A stretch of 64,000 bases of DNA from Candidatus Latescibacterota bacterium (GCA_965116875.1 OZ220733.1:3744001-3808000); one strand, 5' to 3'; numbered from the stretch's first letter, positions 10,002-20,233 are shown. Translations and numbers: made by a program. Notes: a model not told the origin generated them from the sequence alone.

Positions 10002-13000
10002 ATCGCGCAATCGCCTGGTTCGCCGAAAACAGCGTCGCCGCCAATCTGCTCATGGTCGTTATCCTGGCCGGCGGTCTCATCACCATCGGCGCCATCGAAC
10101 TGGAGATTTTTCCGGAGTTCTCCGCAGACGTCGTCTCGGTTTCCGTCGTCTATCGCGGGGCGGCGCCCGAGGAGGTGGAAGAGGGCGTGTGCGTACGCAT
10201 CGAAGAGGCCGTTCAGAGTATCGAAGGCATCAAGCGCATCCGCTCGACGGCATCCGAAAACCGGGGCAGCGTGAATATCGAGCTCGTGCCCGGTACCGAC
10301 GCGCGCAGGGTTCTGGAAGACGTCAAGTCAGCCGTCGACGCAATTGACACGTTTCCCGACGAGACGGAACAGCCGGTCGTCCAGGAAGTGGTCCTGCGTC
10401 GCCAGGTGATTAACGTGGCCGTGTCGGGCGAAGCCGACGAGACCACCCTGAAATATCTGGGCGAACAGGTACGGGACGAGATTACCGCAATTCCGGGAAT
10501 TACCCAGGCGGAATTGAGCGGCGCGCGCCCATACGAGGTTTCCATCGAAGTCTCGGAAGCCGCGCTCCGGCGATTCAACCTCACGTTCGACGAAGTCGTT
10601 AGGGCGGTTCGCCGTTCCTCGCTCGACCTGCCCGGCGGCGCCATCAAGACGGAAGGAGGCGAGATCCTGCTCCGGACAAAAGGGCAGGCGTACCGGGGCA
10701 CGGCCTTTGAGAATATCGTTTTGCGTACCCGGCCGGACGGCGCCGCGCTCACCGTCGGGGACGTGGCCACGGTCGTGGACGGATTCGCCGACGCGGATAT
10801 TTCGGGTCGATTCGACCAGGAACCGGGTGTGATGGTGCAGGTCTTCCGTGTGGGCGAACAGGACGCGCTCGACATCTCCCGTAAAGTCAAGGAGTACATC
10901 CAGTCGGCGGAGTCCCGTATGCCCGAGGGCATTTCGCTTACCGTCTACTCGGATTTCTCAAGGATTCTCGAGGGCCGGCTCAACCTGATGCTGAAGAACG
11001 GCCGTGGGGGTTTCATCCTCGTCCTCGTGATCCTGGCGCTGTTCCTGAGGCTGCGCCTGGCGTTCTGGATTGCACTTGGGATCCCCATCTCCTTCCTGGG
11101 CGCCATCGCGATGATGCCCACCGTCGGCGCCTCCATCAACCTGATCTCACTGTTTGCGTTCATCGTGGTACTCGGCATCGTCGTCGACGACGCTATCGTC
11201 GTCGGCGAAAATATCTACCGGCGGTTCCAGCGGGGCGAGCGGGGCCTGCGCGGCGCCATCGCGGGCGCCCAGGAAGTTGCCGTACCCGTCACCTTTGCGA
11301 TTTTGACGTCCATCGCCGCGTTTTCGCCCCTGCTGATGGTCCCCGGCACCTCTGGCAAGATCATGAGGTTGATCCCGGAGATCGTCATTCTGACGCTGAT
11401 TTTTTCGCTGATTGAATCGCTGTTCATCCTTCCCGCCCATCTGGCGCACGCCAAACTGCGCGCCAGAAAGAAGACGACCAGCCGCATCGGCGGGCTGCTG
11501 CGACGGTTTCGAGACGGGTTTTCATCCCGCCTGGAATGGATTATTAACGAGTTCTACCGTCCGTTTCTGGAAAAATGCCTGGCGTGGCGGTACCTGAGCG
11601 CATCGGTGGGGGTGGCCGCGCTGACCCTTACGGCGGGACTCATTCTCGGAGGCTGGATCGGCTTCGTGTTTCTTCCCCAGGTCCCGGCCGACAACGTGGC
11701 GGCGATCCTGACCATGCCTCAGGGCACGCCGGCCGAGGCAACCGCCCGGGTCGTACGCCATCTGGAATCGACCGCGATCCGGTTACAGCGGGAACTGGAA
11801 TCGGAGACAGACGAAAAAATCTTCACGCATATGCTCGCGCTGGTGGGGGACCAGCCCCTTCGGGCGGCCCAGCGTGAGAACCGCGGACGAAACGCTTCGT
11901 ACTCCGGGGCCCACCTCGGCGAGGTCAACATCGAGCTCACGCCGGCCGAGGAACGGAGCATCAGCAGCATTGAAATCGCCAGACGCTGGCGAGAACTCGC
12001 CGGACCCATTCCCGATGCAACGGAACTGAACTTCGCCTCTTCGCTCTTTTCCGTGGGAGAACCGATCAACATCCAGCTTACCGGTCCGGATTACGGCGAA
12101 CTCCGGTCCGCCGCAGAAAAACTCAAGGCCAGGCTTGCCGAGTACCCGGGTGTCCTGGACATCGCAGACTCGTTTCGGCCCGGCAAGAAGGAAGTGAAAC
12201 TTGCCCTTACCGAGGAAGCGCGCCTGCTGGGCCTGACCATGTCCGACCTGGCGCGACAGGTCAGACAGGCGTTCTACGGCGAGGAAGCGCAGCGGATCCA
12301 GCGGGGAAGGGACGACGTTCGGGTGATGGTCCGCTATCCCGAAAGCGAGCGTCGGTCGATGAACAACCTCGAGACCATGCGATTACGCACCCCGGAGGGC
12401 GTGGAAGTGCCCTTTTCCGTTGCCGCTCGGACGGAACCGGGGCGGGGATTCGCCGCCATCCGGCGCACCGACCGGCAGCGCATCGTGAGCGTCACCGCGG
12501 ACGTGGATGAGGGCAGGGCCAATGCCAACGAGGTCCTGGCGGACGTCACCGCCAACGTGCTGCCGGCAATCGGTTCCGACCACCCGCGCGTCCGGTTCAG
12601 CCTCGAAGGCGAACAGAGAGAGCAGCAGGAAACCATGGAAGGCCTGTCGAGGAGCTTCGGCATGGCCCTCTTCGTGATCTTCGGCCTGCTCGCGATTCCC
12701 TTCCGTTCCTATCTTCAGCCACTCATTATCATGGCCGTGATCCCCTTCGGATTCGTCGGCGCCGTGCTCGGGCATATCATCATGGGCCTCAACCTCACCA
12801 TTCTGTCGGTCTTCGGGCTGGTCGCGCTATCCGGCGTGGTCATCAACGACAGCCTGGTGATGGTGGACTTCATCAACCGCCGGCGCAAGGAGGGCAAGGG
12901 CCTGCAGGAGGCCATCCGGGAGTCCGGAATGGCGCGGTTCCGGCCCATCCTTCTGACGTCCCTTACCACGTTCGCGGGCCTCACCCCGCTGCTGTTCGAA

Positions 13001-13198
13001 AAAAGCCTGCAGGCGCAGCTGCTCATCCCCATGGCGACCTCTCTGGGATTCGGTGTCATCTTCGGTACGGCCGTCATCCTGATTCTCGTTCCCGTCACCT
13101 ATGCCATCCTGGAAGACATCAGGCACGGTGTCGCCTCGCTGTTCCGCCGGCAGCCGGCCGACCGGCGGGACGTCGCGCCTGAAACAGGCGACGATTGA
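9998..13198 (+). CDS. RND efflux permease (AcrB/AcrD/AcrF family)
   Basis: 1066 aa; GIVVDDAIVVGEN, GVVINDS, RFRPILLTSLTT. Confidence 0.95.
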   Translation: MNRAIAWFAENSVAANLLMVVILAGGLITIGAIELEIFPEFSADVVSVSVVYRGAAPEEVEEGVCVRIEEAVQSIEGIKRIRSTASENRGSVNIELVPGTDARRVLEDVKSAVDAIDTFPDETEQPVVQEVVLRRQVINVAVSGEADETTLKYLGEQVRDEITAIPGITQAELSGARPYEVSIEVSEAALRRFNLTFDEVVRAVRRSSLDLPGGAIKTEGGEILLRTKGQAYRGTAFENIVLRTRPDGAALTVGDVATVVDGFADADISGRFDQEPGVMVQVFRVGEQDALDISRKVKEYIQSAESRMPEGISLTVYSDFSRILEGRLNLMLKNGRGGFILVLVILALFLRLRLAFWIALGIPISFLGAIAMMPTVGASINLISLFAFIVVLGIVVDDAIVVGENIYRRFQRGERGLRGAIAGAQEVAVPVTFAILTSIAAFSPLLMVPGTSGKIMRLIPEIVILTLIFSLIESLFILPAHLAHAKLRARKKTTSRIGGLLRRFRDGFSSRLEWIINEFYRPFLEKCLAWRYLSASVGVAALTLTAGLILGGWIGFVFLPQVPADNVAAILTMPQGTPAEATARVVRHLESTAIRLQRELESETDEKIFTHMLALVGDQPLRAAQRENRGRNASYSGAHLGEVNIELTPAEERSISSIEIARRWRELAGPIPDATELNFASSLFSVGEPINIQLTGPDYGELRSAAEKLKARLAEYPGVLDIADSFRPGKKEVKLALTEEARLLGLTMSDLARQVRQAFYGEEAQRIQRGRDDVRVMVRYPESERRSMNNLETMRLRTPEGVEVPFSVAARTEPGRGFAAIRRTDRQRIVSVTADVDEGRANANEVLADVTANVLPAIGSDHPRVRFSLEGEQREQQETMEGLSRSFGMALFVIFGLLAIPFRSYLQPLIIMAVIPFGFVGAVLGHIIMGLNLTILSVFGLVALSGVVINDSLVMVDFINRRRKEGKGLQEAIRESGMARFRPILLTSLTTFAGLTPLLFEKSLQAQLLIPMATSLGFGVIFGTAVILILVPVTYAILEDIRHGVASLFRRQPADRRDVAPETGDD

Positions 13199-13254
13199 AT
13201 CGCTACTCTCCTGAAATGCCGGCACCGCATTGAGCCAGCGGTTTCTGAGCCGTT

Positions 13255-13333
13255 GTCCTGCTTGTGCTGAGCCTGTCGAAGCGAGCCTGCCGAAGGATTG
13301 TCGAAGGGTCGAAGGGCTGTCGAACGGTCGAAC
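13255..13333. repeat. Degenerate CTGAGC(C/T)TGTCGAAGG-type intergenic repeat
   Basis: GTGCTGAGCCTGTCGAAGC...CGAAGGATTGTCGAAGGGTC; similar copy at 18525-18567. Confidence 0.55.
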
Positions 13334-13502
13334 ACAGATCTCGGCGACGGCTGATGCGGTGGGGGGATTCTGCGCCCTTCCGTATGCAACCATCAGCATG
13401 AATTGACATGCAGGCATTCTGCGTTGGAGTCCTGCTGTATAGTCTGAACCGGCAATTCTACGGCGAATTCCCAGCATCAAGGCGCTGATAATTTTGCGGT
13501 CA

Positions 13503-13532
13503 ACTGCAAAATTGTCTTGACATTTTTGCAGT
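13503..13532 (+). promoter_or_regulatory. 30-bp palindrome overlapping a TTGACA -35 box upstream of the AAA ATPase gene
   Basis: ACTGCAAAATTGTC-TT-GACATTTTTGCAGT (1 mismatch). Confidence 0.55.
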
Positions 13533-13550
13533 ATGGTGCAAATTTGTCAT

Positions 13551-14735
13551 ATGGCTGAGACGAGATCCAGATACCTCGAGACCGCTGTGGCCGGCGATCT
13601 GAACAACAGGATGGTCTTCGTCGCGGGGCCTCGCCAGGTGGGGAAGACAACGCTCGCTACGCTGCTGGCGAGGCGCTATTCAAACAGCGTTTACCTGAAC
13701 TGGGACAATCGAACCCATAGAGAACGGATTCTGCGGCAGGAATGGGATCCCGACAGTCAGATTCTCATCTTCGACGAACTTCACAAATACGATCGCTGGA
13801 AAGGACTGATCAAGGGCATCTGGGACACGAGACGGAACAACGAACGGATCATCGTAACCGGGAGTTCGAGGCTGGACACGTACCGTCGAGGCGGTGACTC
13901 ACTCCTTGGACGATACCACCTGTACCGGCTCCACCCGTTTACCGCTTCCGAACTTGAAGGCGGTCGGAAGGAAAACGATCCAGCTGAACCCGTTGAATTG
14001 ACATTCGGAAACGCCCGTCCGGACAACGTCCGTCATTTGATGGCATACGGAGGTTTCCCCGAGCCGTGCCTCTCGGGACGGTCGCGCACACACCGCCGCT
14101 GGCTTCAGGAACGTTTCGAACGTGTTTTCAGAGAAGACATTCGGGACACGACCGTCGTCAGGTCGCTCTCACAGATCGAACTTCTGGGTGCGATGATGCC
14201 GAAACGCGTCGGGTCGCCGCTCTCGTTAAATGCAATTTCCGAAGACCTGGAAGTCAGCCCGCACACGGTTCGGACCTGGGTGGACCTGCTGTGCCGGAAC
14301 TACTACGTCTTCCCCGTCGCTCCATATCACCGTCGTATCGAACGGGCCGTGAAAAAAGCGGCCAAATACTATCTGTGGGACTGGTCCGAGGTTGCCGACG
14401 AAGGCGCCAGATTCGAGAATCTCGTGGCCTCCCACCTCCTGAAATTCTGCCATTTCCTTCGAGACGCGGAAGGGATCAATGCGGAACTGCGTTTGTTGCG
14501 AGACCGTGAAAAACGTGAAGTGGACTTTGTGATTCTGTGGAATGACAAACCGTGGTTCCTGGTTGAGTGCAAGCTGACCGCACCCCGAAACCACGGGCAC
14601 CTCGTTCGTTTTGCCGATCTCCTGGACGTCAGACAGAAATACGTCGTTGCACTTTCCGAAACAGCAGACTATTTGGACCGCAATACGGGCGTCCGTGTCC
14701 TGCCGGCGTCCAGGTTTCTGACGGCATTCCCGTAG
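13551..14735 (+). CDS. AAA_14/DUF4143 ATPase (COG1373) with C-terminal PD-(D/E)xK-like domain
   Basis: Walker A GPRQVGKTT, IFDELHK, VTGSS, YGGFPE, FENLV, REVDFV..VECK. Confidence 0.9.
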   Translation: MAETRSRYLETAVAGDLNNRMVFVAGPRQVGKTTLATLLARRYSNSVYLNWDNRTHRERILRQEWDPDSQILIFDELHKYDRWKGLIKGIWDTRRNNERIIVTGSSRLDTYRRGGDSLLGRYHLYRLHPFTASELEGGRKENDPAEPVELTFGNARPDNVRHLMAYGGFPEPCLSGRSRTHRRWLQERFERVFREDIRDTTVVRSLSQIELLGAMMPKRVGSPLSLNAISEDLEVSPHTVRTWVDLLCRNYYVFPVAPYHRRIERAVKKAAKYYLWDWSEVADEGARFENLVASHLLKFCHFLRDAEGINAELRLLRDREKREVDFVILWNDKPWFLVECKLTAPRNHGHLVRFADLLDVRQKYVVALSETADYLDRNTGVRVLPASRFLTAFP

Positions 14736-14773
14736 GCAAATCGGTATTCCCGGCTGATTCGCGAGGCGTCCGG

Positions 14774-15562
14774 CTACAGAAGCGACCGGACGTATCCCCC
14801 GTCCACCTGCAGCGACGTGCCGGTGATATAGCTCGAACGGTTTGATGCCAGGAACACAACGGTATCCGACAGTTCCTCCACGGTCCCCAGCCGGCCCAGC
14901 GGTATTTCGTCCGCCAGCGGCCGCATCTCTTCCTGGACCGAAGTCCCGTTCGCCCTTGCGGCCTCCTCGAATTCCTCCCGTAGCAGTTCCGTATCGATAA
15001 ATCCCGTACATACGTTGTTCACCATTATCCGATCGCGCGCATACTCATTGGCAAGGGTCTTCGCAGCGGCCGCAACCGCGGTCCGAAGCACGTTCGAAAC
15101 CGTGTTCCCTGCCGGTTGTTTGACCGCGAACGCGCAAAGATTGATGATCCTGCCGCCGCCCCTCGCCTGCATCAACGGAACAACGCGCCCGCACATCCGG
15201 AGTACGTAGTTCAGGATCAGGTCCGTATATTCCCGCCACATGGCTTCCGTTACTTCCGCGAATGGCATCGCGGCCGGGCCTCCGGAGTTGTTCACGAGGA
15301 TATCGATACCCCCATACGCCTCCACGGTTTCGCTCGTCAGTCGATCGACGGTCTCCTCGGTGGAGAGATCGCCCGCGACCGTGAGCACGTCCGTTCCCGT
15401 AACGGCGCGAATCTCCACGGCGGCCGCTTCCAGCCGACCCGCGTTCCTCGCGCAGACGGCGACGCGCGCGCCCTCACGGGCCAGCGCCATCGCGCACCCC
15501 TTCCCCAGGCCGCGGCTTGCGCCCCCGACGATCGCTACCTTGTCCTTCAGGCCCATATCCAT
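14774..15562 (-). CDS. SDR family oxidoreductase (3-oxoacyl-ACP reductase-like)
   Basis: GASRGLG, DILVNNSGGP, IPLGRLG, YITGTSLQVDGG; catalytic YxxxK replaced by SNVLR (atypical SDR subgroup). Confidence 0.9.
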   Translation of the reverse strand: MDMGLKDKVAIVGGASRGLGKGCAMALAREGARVAVCARNAGRLEAAAVEIRAVTGTDVLTVAGDLSTEETVDRLTSETVEAYGGIDILVNNSGGPAAMPFAEVTEAMWREYTDLILNYVLRMCGRVVPLMQARGGGRIINLCAFAVKQPAGNTVSNVLRTAVAAAAKTLANEYARDRIMVNNVCTGFIDTELLREEFEEAARANGTSVQEEMRPLADEIPLGRLGTVEELSDTVVFLASNRSSYITGTSLQVDGGYVRSLL

Positions 15563-15765
15563 CGGAAAACCTCCCTTTCGATATTCCTGAATTCGACCGT
15601 GTGTTTGTCCGGGCGTCCGCTCCGGGCGCCGGACTTCCTCATTTTGATTGACATTCGTTTTCGCCGCGCGCATGATACCGTTGCAGCCCACCTGCGGATT
15701 CCGGCCGAAGGCCAGCAATTCACTGGAACAAGGTCCGTTCCCGATAATGAACGAGAGGCAGAGGC

Positions 15766-17637
15766 ATGAGAACCACACGGAAACTCGCGGATCACTTCCG
15801 CCATCACGGCCCCGCCACCCGGAGCAGCCACGCGAGAGGCACTGTTGCGGCTGCCGCCGAAGACGGCCGGAACGTCGTCCTGGTCTGGCTGTTCGACCAT
15901 CGCGGCGGGTACGCACTGCTGGTTATCGACGCTGCCACCGGCGAGAGCCGGGAATTTCCGGTACCTTTTCCGCCCGGCGGCGATTGCCCCTACGCGTCGC
16001 TCCTTTCCAGCCGAAACCGCTTCTACACGCACTTCAACGGCTGGTTCGTGGAGTTCGACGTGAACGCAATGGACTACACGTTCTGCCACCAGACGGCGCC
16101 GCGCATGGCGATGGGACTGACCGAAGACGACACGGGCGTGATCTGGTCCTCAACCTATCCCCAGAGCGGGCTCGCCTCGTACGATCCGAAGAACGGTGAA
16201 TTCAGGGACTACGGACACCTGTACAGGCAGAACTGGCGCCAGTATCCAACAACCCTCGCCATAGACGACGCCGGCTGGGTCTACTTCGGCATCGGGACGA
16301 CCCTGTGCCAGGTCATCGCATTCGACCGGAAGACCGAAACGGCAACGCCCATCCTCGCGGAGAACGAGCGGTCGCGGGGAAGCGCATCTGTCTACAGGGA
16401 CCTCAATGGCAAGGTCTACGCCCTGCCGCCAACCGGAACCCCATGGCCCGGCGACAACCCGGATGCGGAGACATGGTACGAACTCTATCTGGGCGAACGC
16501 AAGACCGTACCCCGGCGGGAACGGCGCGAAAAGCGATATATCGCGGGAGATGCCGGACACGTCCATCCGCATTTTCCGGACGGGAGCGAACTTCTGAAAT
16601 GCTGCCTCGTGGACCGCGTGTTGTCCGTTCAGGATCCCGATGGCAACCGCTCGCCCGACGTGTCGTTCGATTACACCAGCGAAGGCGCGCACATCATGGG
16701 CGTCGCCGCGGCGCCGGACGGTACCATCTGCGGCGGCACGTTCTTCCCGAGGCGAACGTTCAGCTATCGTCCGGAAACCGACGCGTGGATCGAGCGGGAG
16801 AGTTTCGGCCAGTGGAATACCGTGGGCCGCCAGGGCGACCGGTTCTTCGTTGGCGGGTACGGCAGCGGCGCGCTCCTGGAGTGGGACCCGTTCCAACCGT
16901 GGGTGACAACCGAAAAGGAGAACCCGGCATCGAACCCCTTTTTCCACCGGACCTGTACGCCCACGATGCATCGCCCGCACAAGCTGCTCGCTCATCCCGA
17001 CGGCAAGACGCTGGTGGTTGCCGGGACCCCCGGCTATGGCTATACGGGCGGCGGGCTGCTTTTCTGGAATTGCGAGAAGCGCACCGGGTTCCTGCTGGAA
17101 CACACCGACTTGTTGCCGGACCACGCCACGGCGAGCCTCGCGGCGCTTCCAGGGAGAAAGCTCCTGGGCGGCACCACAACCAGCCCCGGGACCGGGGGCG
17201 AGCAGAAGGCGACGGAAGCGGAACTCTACATTCTGAATATGGAAACAATGGAGCTGGAGTGGCGCCAGGTCCTCTTCCCCGGGGCGCAGGAATACACGGA
17301 CCTGTGCGTCGGACGGGACGGTCTTGTATACGGCTTTGTCGACCGGGCCCGTCTTTTCGTGTTCTGCCCGGAAACGCGCGAAGTCGTCCACCAGGAAGAA
17401 ACAGAGCGGAGGTTTGGACTGACGGCCCACCAGCAGGGGCCGCGTGTCTTCGTGACCGCTCCCGACGATACCGTTTACGTTCTTTTCGAGAAAGGCATCG
17501 GCCGTATCGAAAGCGGTACGACCGCCATCGAAATGTGCGCTCCATCCCCGGTGCGTATCAGCAATGGCGGAGACTGGCTCGACGGGCGCATCTATTTCAC
17601 CAGCGACTCCCACCTCTACAGCTGGGAAATCCCGTAG
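15766..17637 (+). CDS. Beta-propeller repeat protein of unknown function
   Basis: 623 aa, recurring propeller blades (DGTICGGT, GWVYFG, DGLVYG, GRIYF); host-like codon usage. Confidence 0.65.
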   Translation: MRTTRKLADHFRHHGPATRSSHARGTVAAAAEDGRNVVLVWLFDHRGGYALLVIDAATGESREFPVPFPPGGDCPYASLLSSRNRFYTHFNGWFVEFDVNAMDYTFCHQTAPRMAMGLTEDDTGVIWSSTYPQSGLASYDPKNGEFRDYGHLYRQNWRQYPTTLAIDDAGWVYFGIGTTLCQVIAFDRKTETATPILAENERSRGSASVYRDLNGKVYALPPTGTPWPGDNPDAETWYELYLGERKTVPRRERREKRYIAGDAGHVHPHFPDGSELLKCCLVDRVLSVQDPDGNRSPDVSFDYTSEGAHIMGVAAAPDGTICGGTFFPRRTFSYRPETDAWIERESFGQWNTVGRQGDRFFVGGYGSGALLEWDPFQPWVTTEKENPASNPFFHRTCTPTMHRPHKLLAHPDGKTLVVAGTPGYGYTGGGLLFWNCEKRTGFLLEHTDLLPDHATASLAALPGRKLLGGTTTSPGTGGEQKATEAELYILNMETMELEWRQVLFPGAQEYTDLCVGRDGLVYGFVDRARLFVFCPETREVVHQEETERRFGLTAHQQGPRVFVTAPDDTVYVLFEKGIGRIESGTTAIEMCAPSPVRISNGGDWLDGRIYFTSDSHLYSWEIP

Positions 17638-17714
17638 CCGTCGGCAGACTGCTCACGGGCCAGCGGCAGAGCGTACGTTCGCACGTCCAATCCGGGTGCG
17701 GACTCCCGAATTGC

Positions 17715-18449
17715 CTACGGATTCGAGCCAAACGCCTGTCTCTTCCAGTTCTCGTAAAACGCCCTGGCGTAGCCTCTGAAGATGTCAAGGCGTTCGGTCA
17801 CCGCCCGCTCGAAATCGTGCATGGTGTCTTCGCCGAGTGTTTCCATCAGCGCCTCGTGATAGGCGGGGACGGCGTCCCATTCCGCGATGGTCTCCGCTGT
17901 GATCTCGATGTGAAACTGGGCGGTGATCGCGTGGTCCTCCAAACTCAACGCCTGGACGGCGCACAACGCGGAGGACGCGAGGACCTCCAATTCACCGGGA
18001 ACGGTCTTCACCGTCGAGCTGTGCCACTGCAGGCAGGGCAGCGTCTCGGGGAAACCCGTGAAGAATCCGCTGGCCATGCCCGGGGCCGTCAGGTGTACGT
18101 CCATTACCCCCACCTCCGGGCTCTCGTTCGGGCCGACGTGTCCGCCCAGCGCCGAGGCCAGCAACTGATGTCCCAGGCAGATGCCCACGAAGGGCATTTT
18201 CCTTTCAAGAACCGCGTACCGGATGGCGGCCTTCTCCTCCACCAGCCAGGGGTACGCATCCTCCTCCCACACGTCCATCGGGCCGCCCATCGCCCACAGC
18301 GCGTCATAGGCGTCCAGATCCGGGATGGGTTCTCCCGCATCCAGTTCAACGGCGTCCCAGCGAATCCCGTCCTCAGCGAAGAACTCCCTGAAGAGTCCGG
18401 GATGTTCCACGTCCAGGTGCTGAAAGACCAGCAGTCGATCCAGGCCCAT
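17715..18449 (-). CDS. Class I glutamine amidotransferase-like protein
   Basis: MGGPMDV, GICLGHQLL, QWH, QFHIE triad. Confidence 0.9.
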   Translation of the reverse strand: MGLDRLLVFQHLDVEHPGLFREFFAEDGIRWDAVELDAGEPIPDLDAYDALWAMGGPMDVWEEDAYPWLVEEKAAIRYAVLERKMPFVGICLGHQLLASALGGHVGPNESPEVGVMDVHLTAPGMASGFFTGFPETLPCLQWHSSTVKTVPGELEVLASSALCAVQALSLEDHAITAQFHIEITAETIAEWDAVPAYHEALMETLGEDTMHDFERAVTERLDIFRGYARAFYENWKRQAFGSNP

Positions 18450-18524
18450 TATTGTCTCTCGGGATTTCCTTCTGGATTCCGGGTTGCGGATTCGATATCT
18501 TGAGCCCGCACCGTGTGTCGGTCC

Positions 18525-18567
18525 ATGAGCTTTGTCCTGAGCTTGACGAAGGATTGTCGTAGGGTCG
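18525..18567. repeat. Second degenerate CCTGAGCTTGTCGAAGG-type repeat
   Basis: TTGTCCTGAGCTTGACGAAGGATTGTCGTAGGGTC. Confidence 0.5.
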
Positions 18568-18620
18568 GTTCAGATCAGGGCGCGGATCCGTGTGTACGAC
18601 GTCTCGTGGAGGCAGATGCA

Positions 18621-19334
18621 ATGAATCTGTTGCGAAAATGCGGCGCGGAATTTGTCGGCGCCTTTGCCATCGTCCTGGGGGGATGCGGCGCCGTTGCCGT
18701 GAACCAGATCAGCGGCGGCGCCGTCTCCCACGTGGGCGTCGCCAGTTCGTTCGGCCTTATCGTGATGACAATGGTCTACGCCACCGGCCACATCTCGGGC
18801 GCGCACTTCAATCCCGCGGTGACGGTCGCCTTCTCCTTCACGCGTCACTTTCCCAGACGGGAGATTCTTCCGTACATTGCCGCCCAATGTCTGGGCGCGG
18901 TCCTGGCCAGCAGCATCCACCTCGTTACCCTTTCTCCCATCCTGAACGCCAGGCTTCCCGGTCAGGAGCTGGACCTTGGGGTTACGCAGCCGCTGGACGG
19001 GGCGTGGACCACGGCCTTTGTCTGGGAGTTCCTGCTCGCGTTTCTGCTGATGGTCGTGATTATGGCGGTTGCCACGGACTACCGCGCCACGGGTCAGGCC
19101 GCCGGCCTTGCCATTGGAGGCACGATCGGGTTCGAGGCCATGTTCGCCGGCCCCATATGCGGCGCGTCCATGAATCCCGCACGCAGCCTGGGTCCGGCCC
19201 TGGTCTCCGGCAACTGGCTGCATTTTTCGGCATACGCCGCCGGACCGGTCCTGGGCGCGCTTGCGGGCGCCCTGTTTTACGAATTCATCCGGTGCCACCG
19301 CGGTGACGGTACGGAAGCCAGGGGTTGTTGCTGA
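18621..19334 (+). CDS. MIP family channel (aquaporin, NIP/AqpS-like)
   Basis: ISGAHFNPAVT and GASMNPARS; C-terminal GCC. Confidence 0.92.
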   Translation: MNLLRKCGAEFVGAFAIVLGGCGAVAVNQISGGAVSHVGVASSFGLIVMTMVYATGHISGAHFNPAVTVAFSFTRHFPRREILPYIAAQCLGAVLASSIHLVTLSPILNARLPGQELDLGVTQPLDGAWTTAFVWEFLLAFLLMVVIMAVATDYRATGQAAGLAIGGTIGFEAMFAGPICGASMNPARSLGPALVSGNWLHFSAYAAGPVLGALAGALFYEFIRCHRGDGTEARGCC

Positions 19335-19396
19335 GGATCGAATCTCCGAAAACCCACGGCCATCGCGGGACTTCCGGAACGGTAAGGCGAGCCGGT

Positions 19397-20233
19397 TCAT
19401 ATCACCAGCGCAACCGCCAGAATGGCCAGCGCCACCCCTGCCGCCGAGAGCCGATTGAGACGTTCCTTCCAGAAGAAATGGGCGGACAGGTTGTCCAGCA
19501 GGATCACACTGCAGCCCGTGGCCGGAAAGAACAGAGTGCCCGGCAATCGACTCAGGGTAAGCATGATAACGGAAAGCGCCAGGGCGTTGTAGGCGCCGAG
19601 GCCGATCCCCGTCGCGAGTTCGGACCGTCCGGGGCGACGCATCCTTCCCGCAATGAAGATGTAGCCGATCGTACCGGCGGTGGCGCCCATCACCGTCAGG
19701 ATCTGGACGAATTCCCCGTCGAGTCCGGCATAGTGAACCGAACGCAGGCAGGAGTGACTCATTCCCTGCGCGAGGAAAACCGCAAACAACAGGCCAAAGG
19801 TCTTTCCGCCCGCCGCGCGGACGTTTCCCCCCGCGCCCGACGTCATCAGCAGCAGCGCGGGGAAGGCGAGGATGATCCCACTGAATTGCGAGGGTACTAC
19901 CGGCTCCTGCCAGAGCCAGATTCCCAAAGCAACGGGTACCGCGATTGAAATGCGAAACGCCGTCAGCACGGCACCGACGGATGCGACTTCCAGAACGCGC
20001 ATCATCAAAGACATCGAACCGATGAATACGGCGCCCGTGACCACGCCGGTCTGCAGCGCCGCGGCCGAAAACGTGAACCGGCCCGTGGCCAGGAGGTAGG
20101 CGGCCAGGACCGCGCAGAGTACCAGGTAATTCGTCGATACGACAACGGGCGCGTAATAACCCCGGCGCTGGGAGAATTTGCAGATCTGGACAAATCCGAA
20201 ATCGAGCAGGATCGCGAATATCAGCCAGGACAA
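19397..20233 (-). CDS. DMT/EamA family transporter
   Basis: About 10 hydrophobic helices with internal duplication; LWQEP and FWKERL ends. Confidence 0.75.
   Translation of the reverse strand: MSWLIFAILLDFGFVQICKFSQRRGYYAPVVVSTNYLVLCAVLAAYLLATGRFTFSAAALQTGVVTGAVFIGSMSLMMRVLEVASVGAVLTAFRISIAVPVALGIWLWQEPVVPSQFSGIILAFPALLLMTSGAGGNVRAAGGKTFGLLFAVFLAQGMSHSCLRSVHYAGLDGEFVQILTVMGATAGTIGYIFIAGRMRRPGRSELATGIGLGAYNALALSVIMLTLSRLPGTLFFPATGCSVILLDNLSAHFFWKERLNRLSAAGVALAILAVALVI

Noticed and set aside
16305-18503. 732-aa alternative-frame ORF (also 61690-63585, 22706-24010, 16150-17613 and similar)
   Set aside because: Shadow ORFs of GC-rich genes; Arg/Gly/Pro-rich with no motifs, overlapping well-supported CDSs
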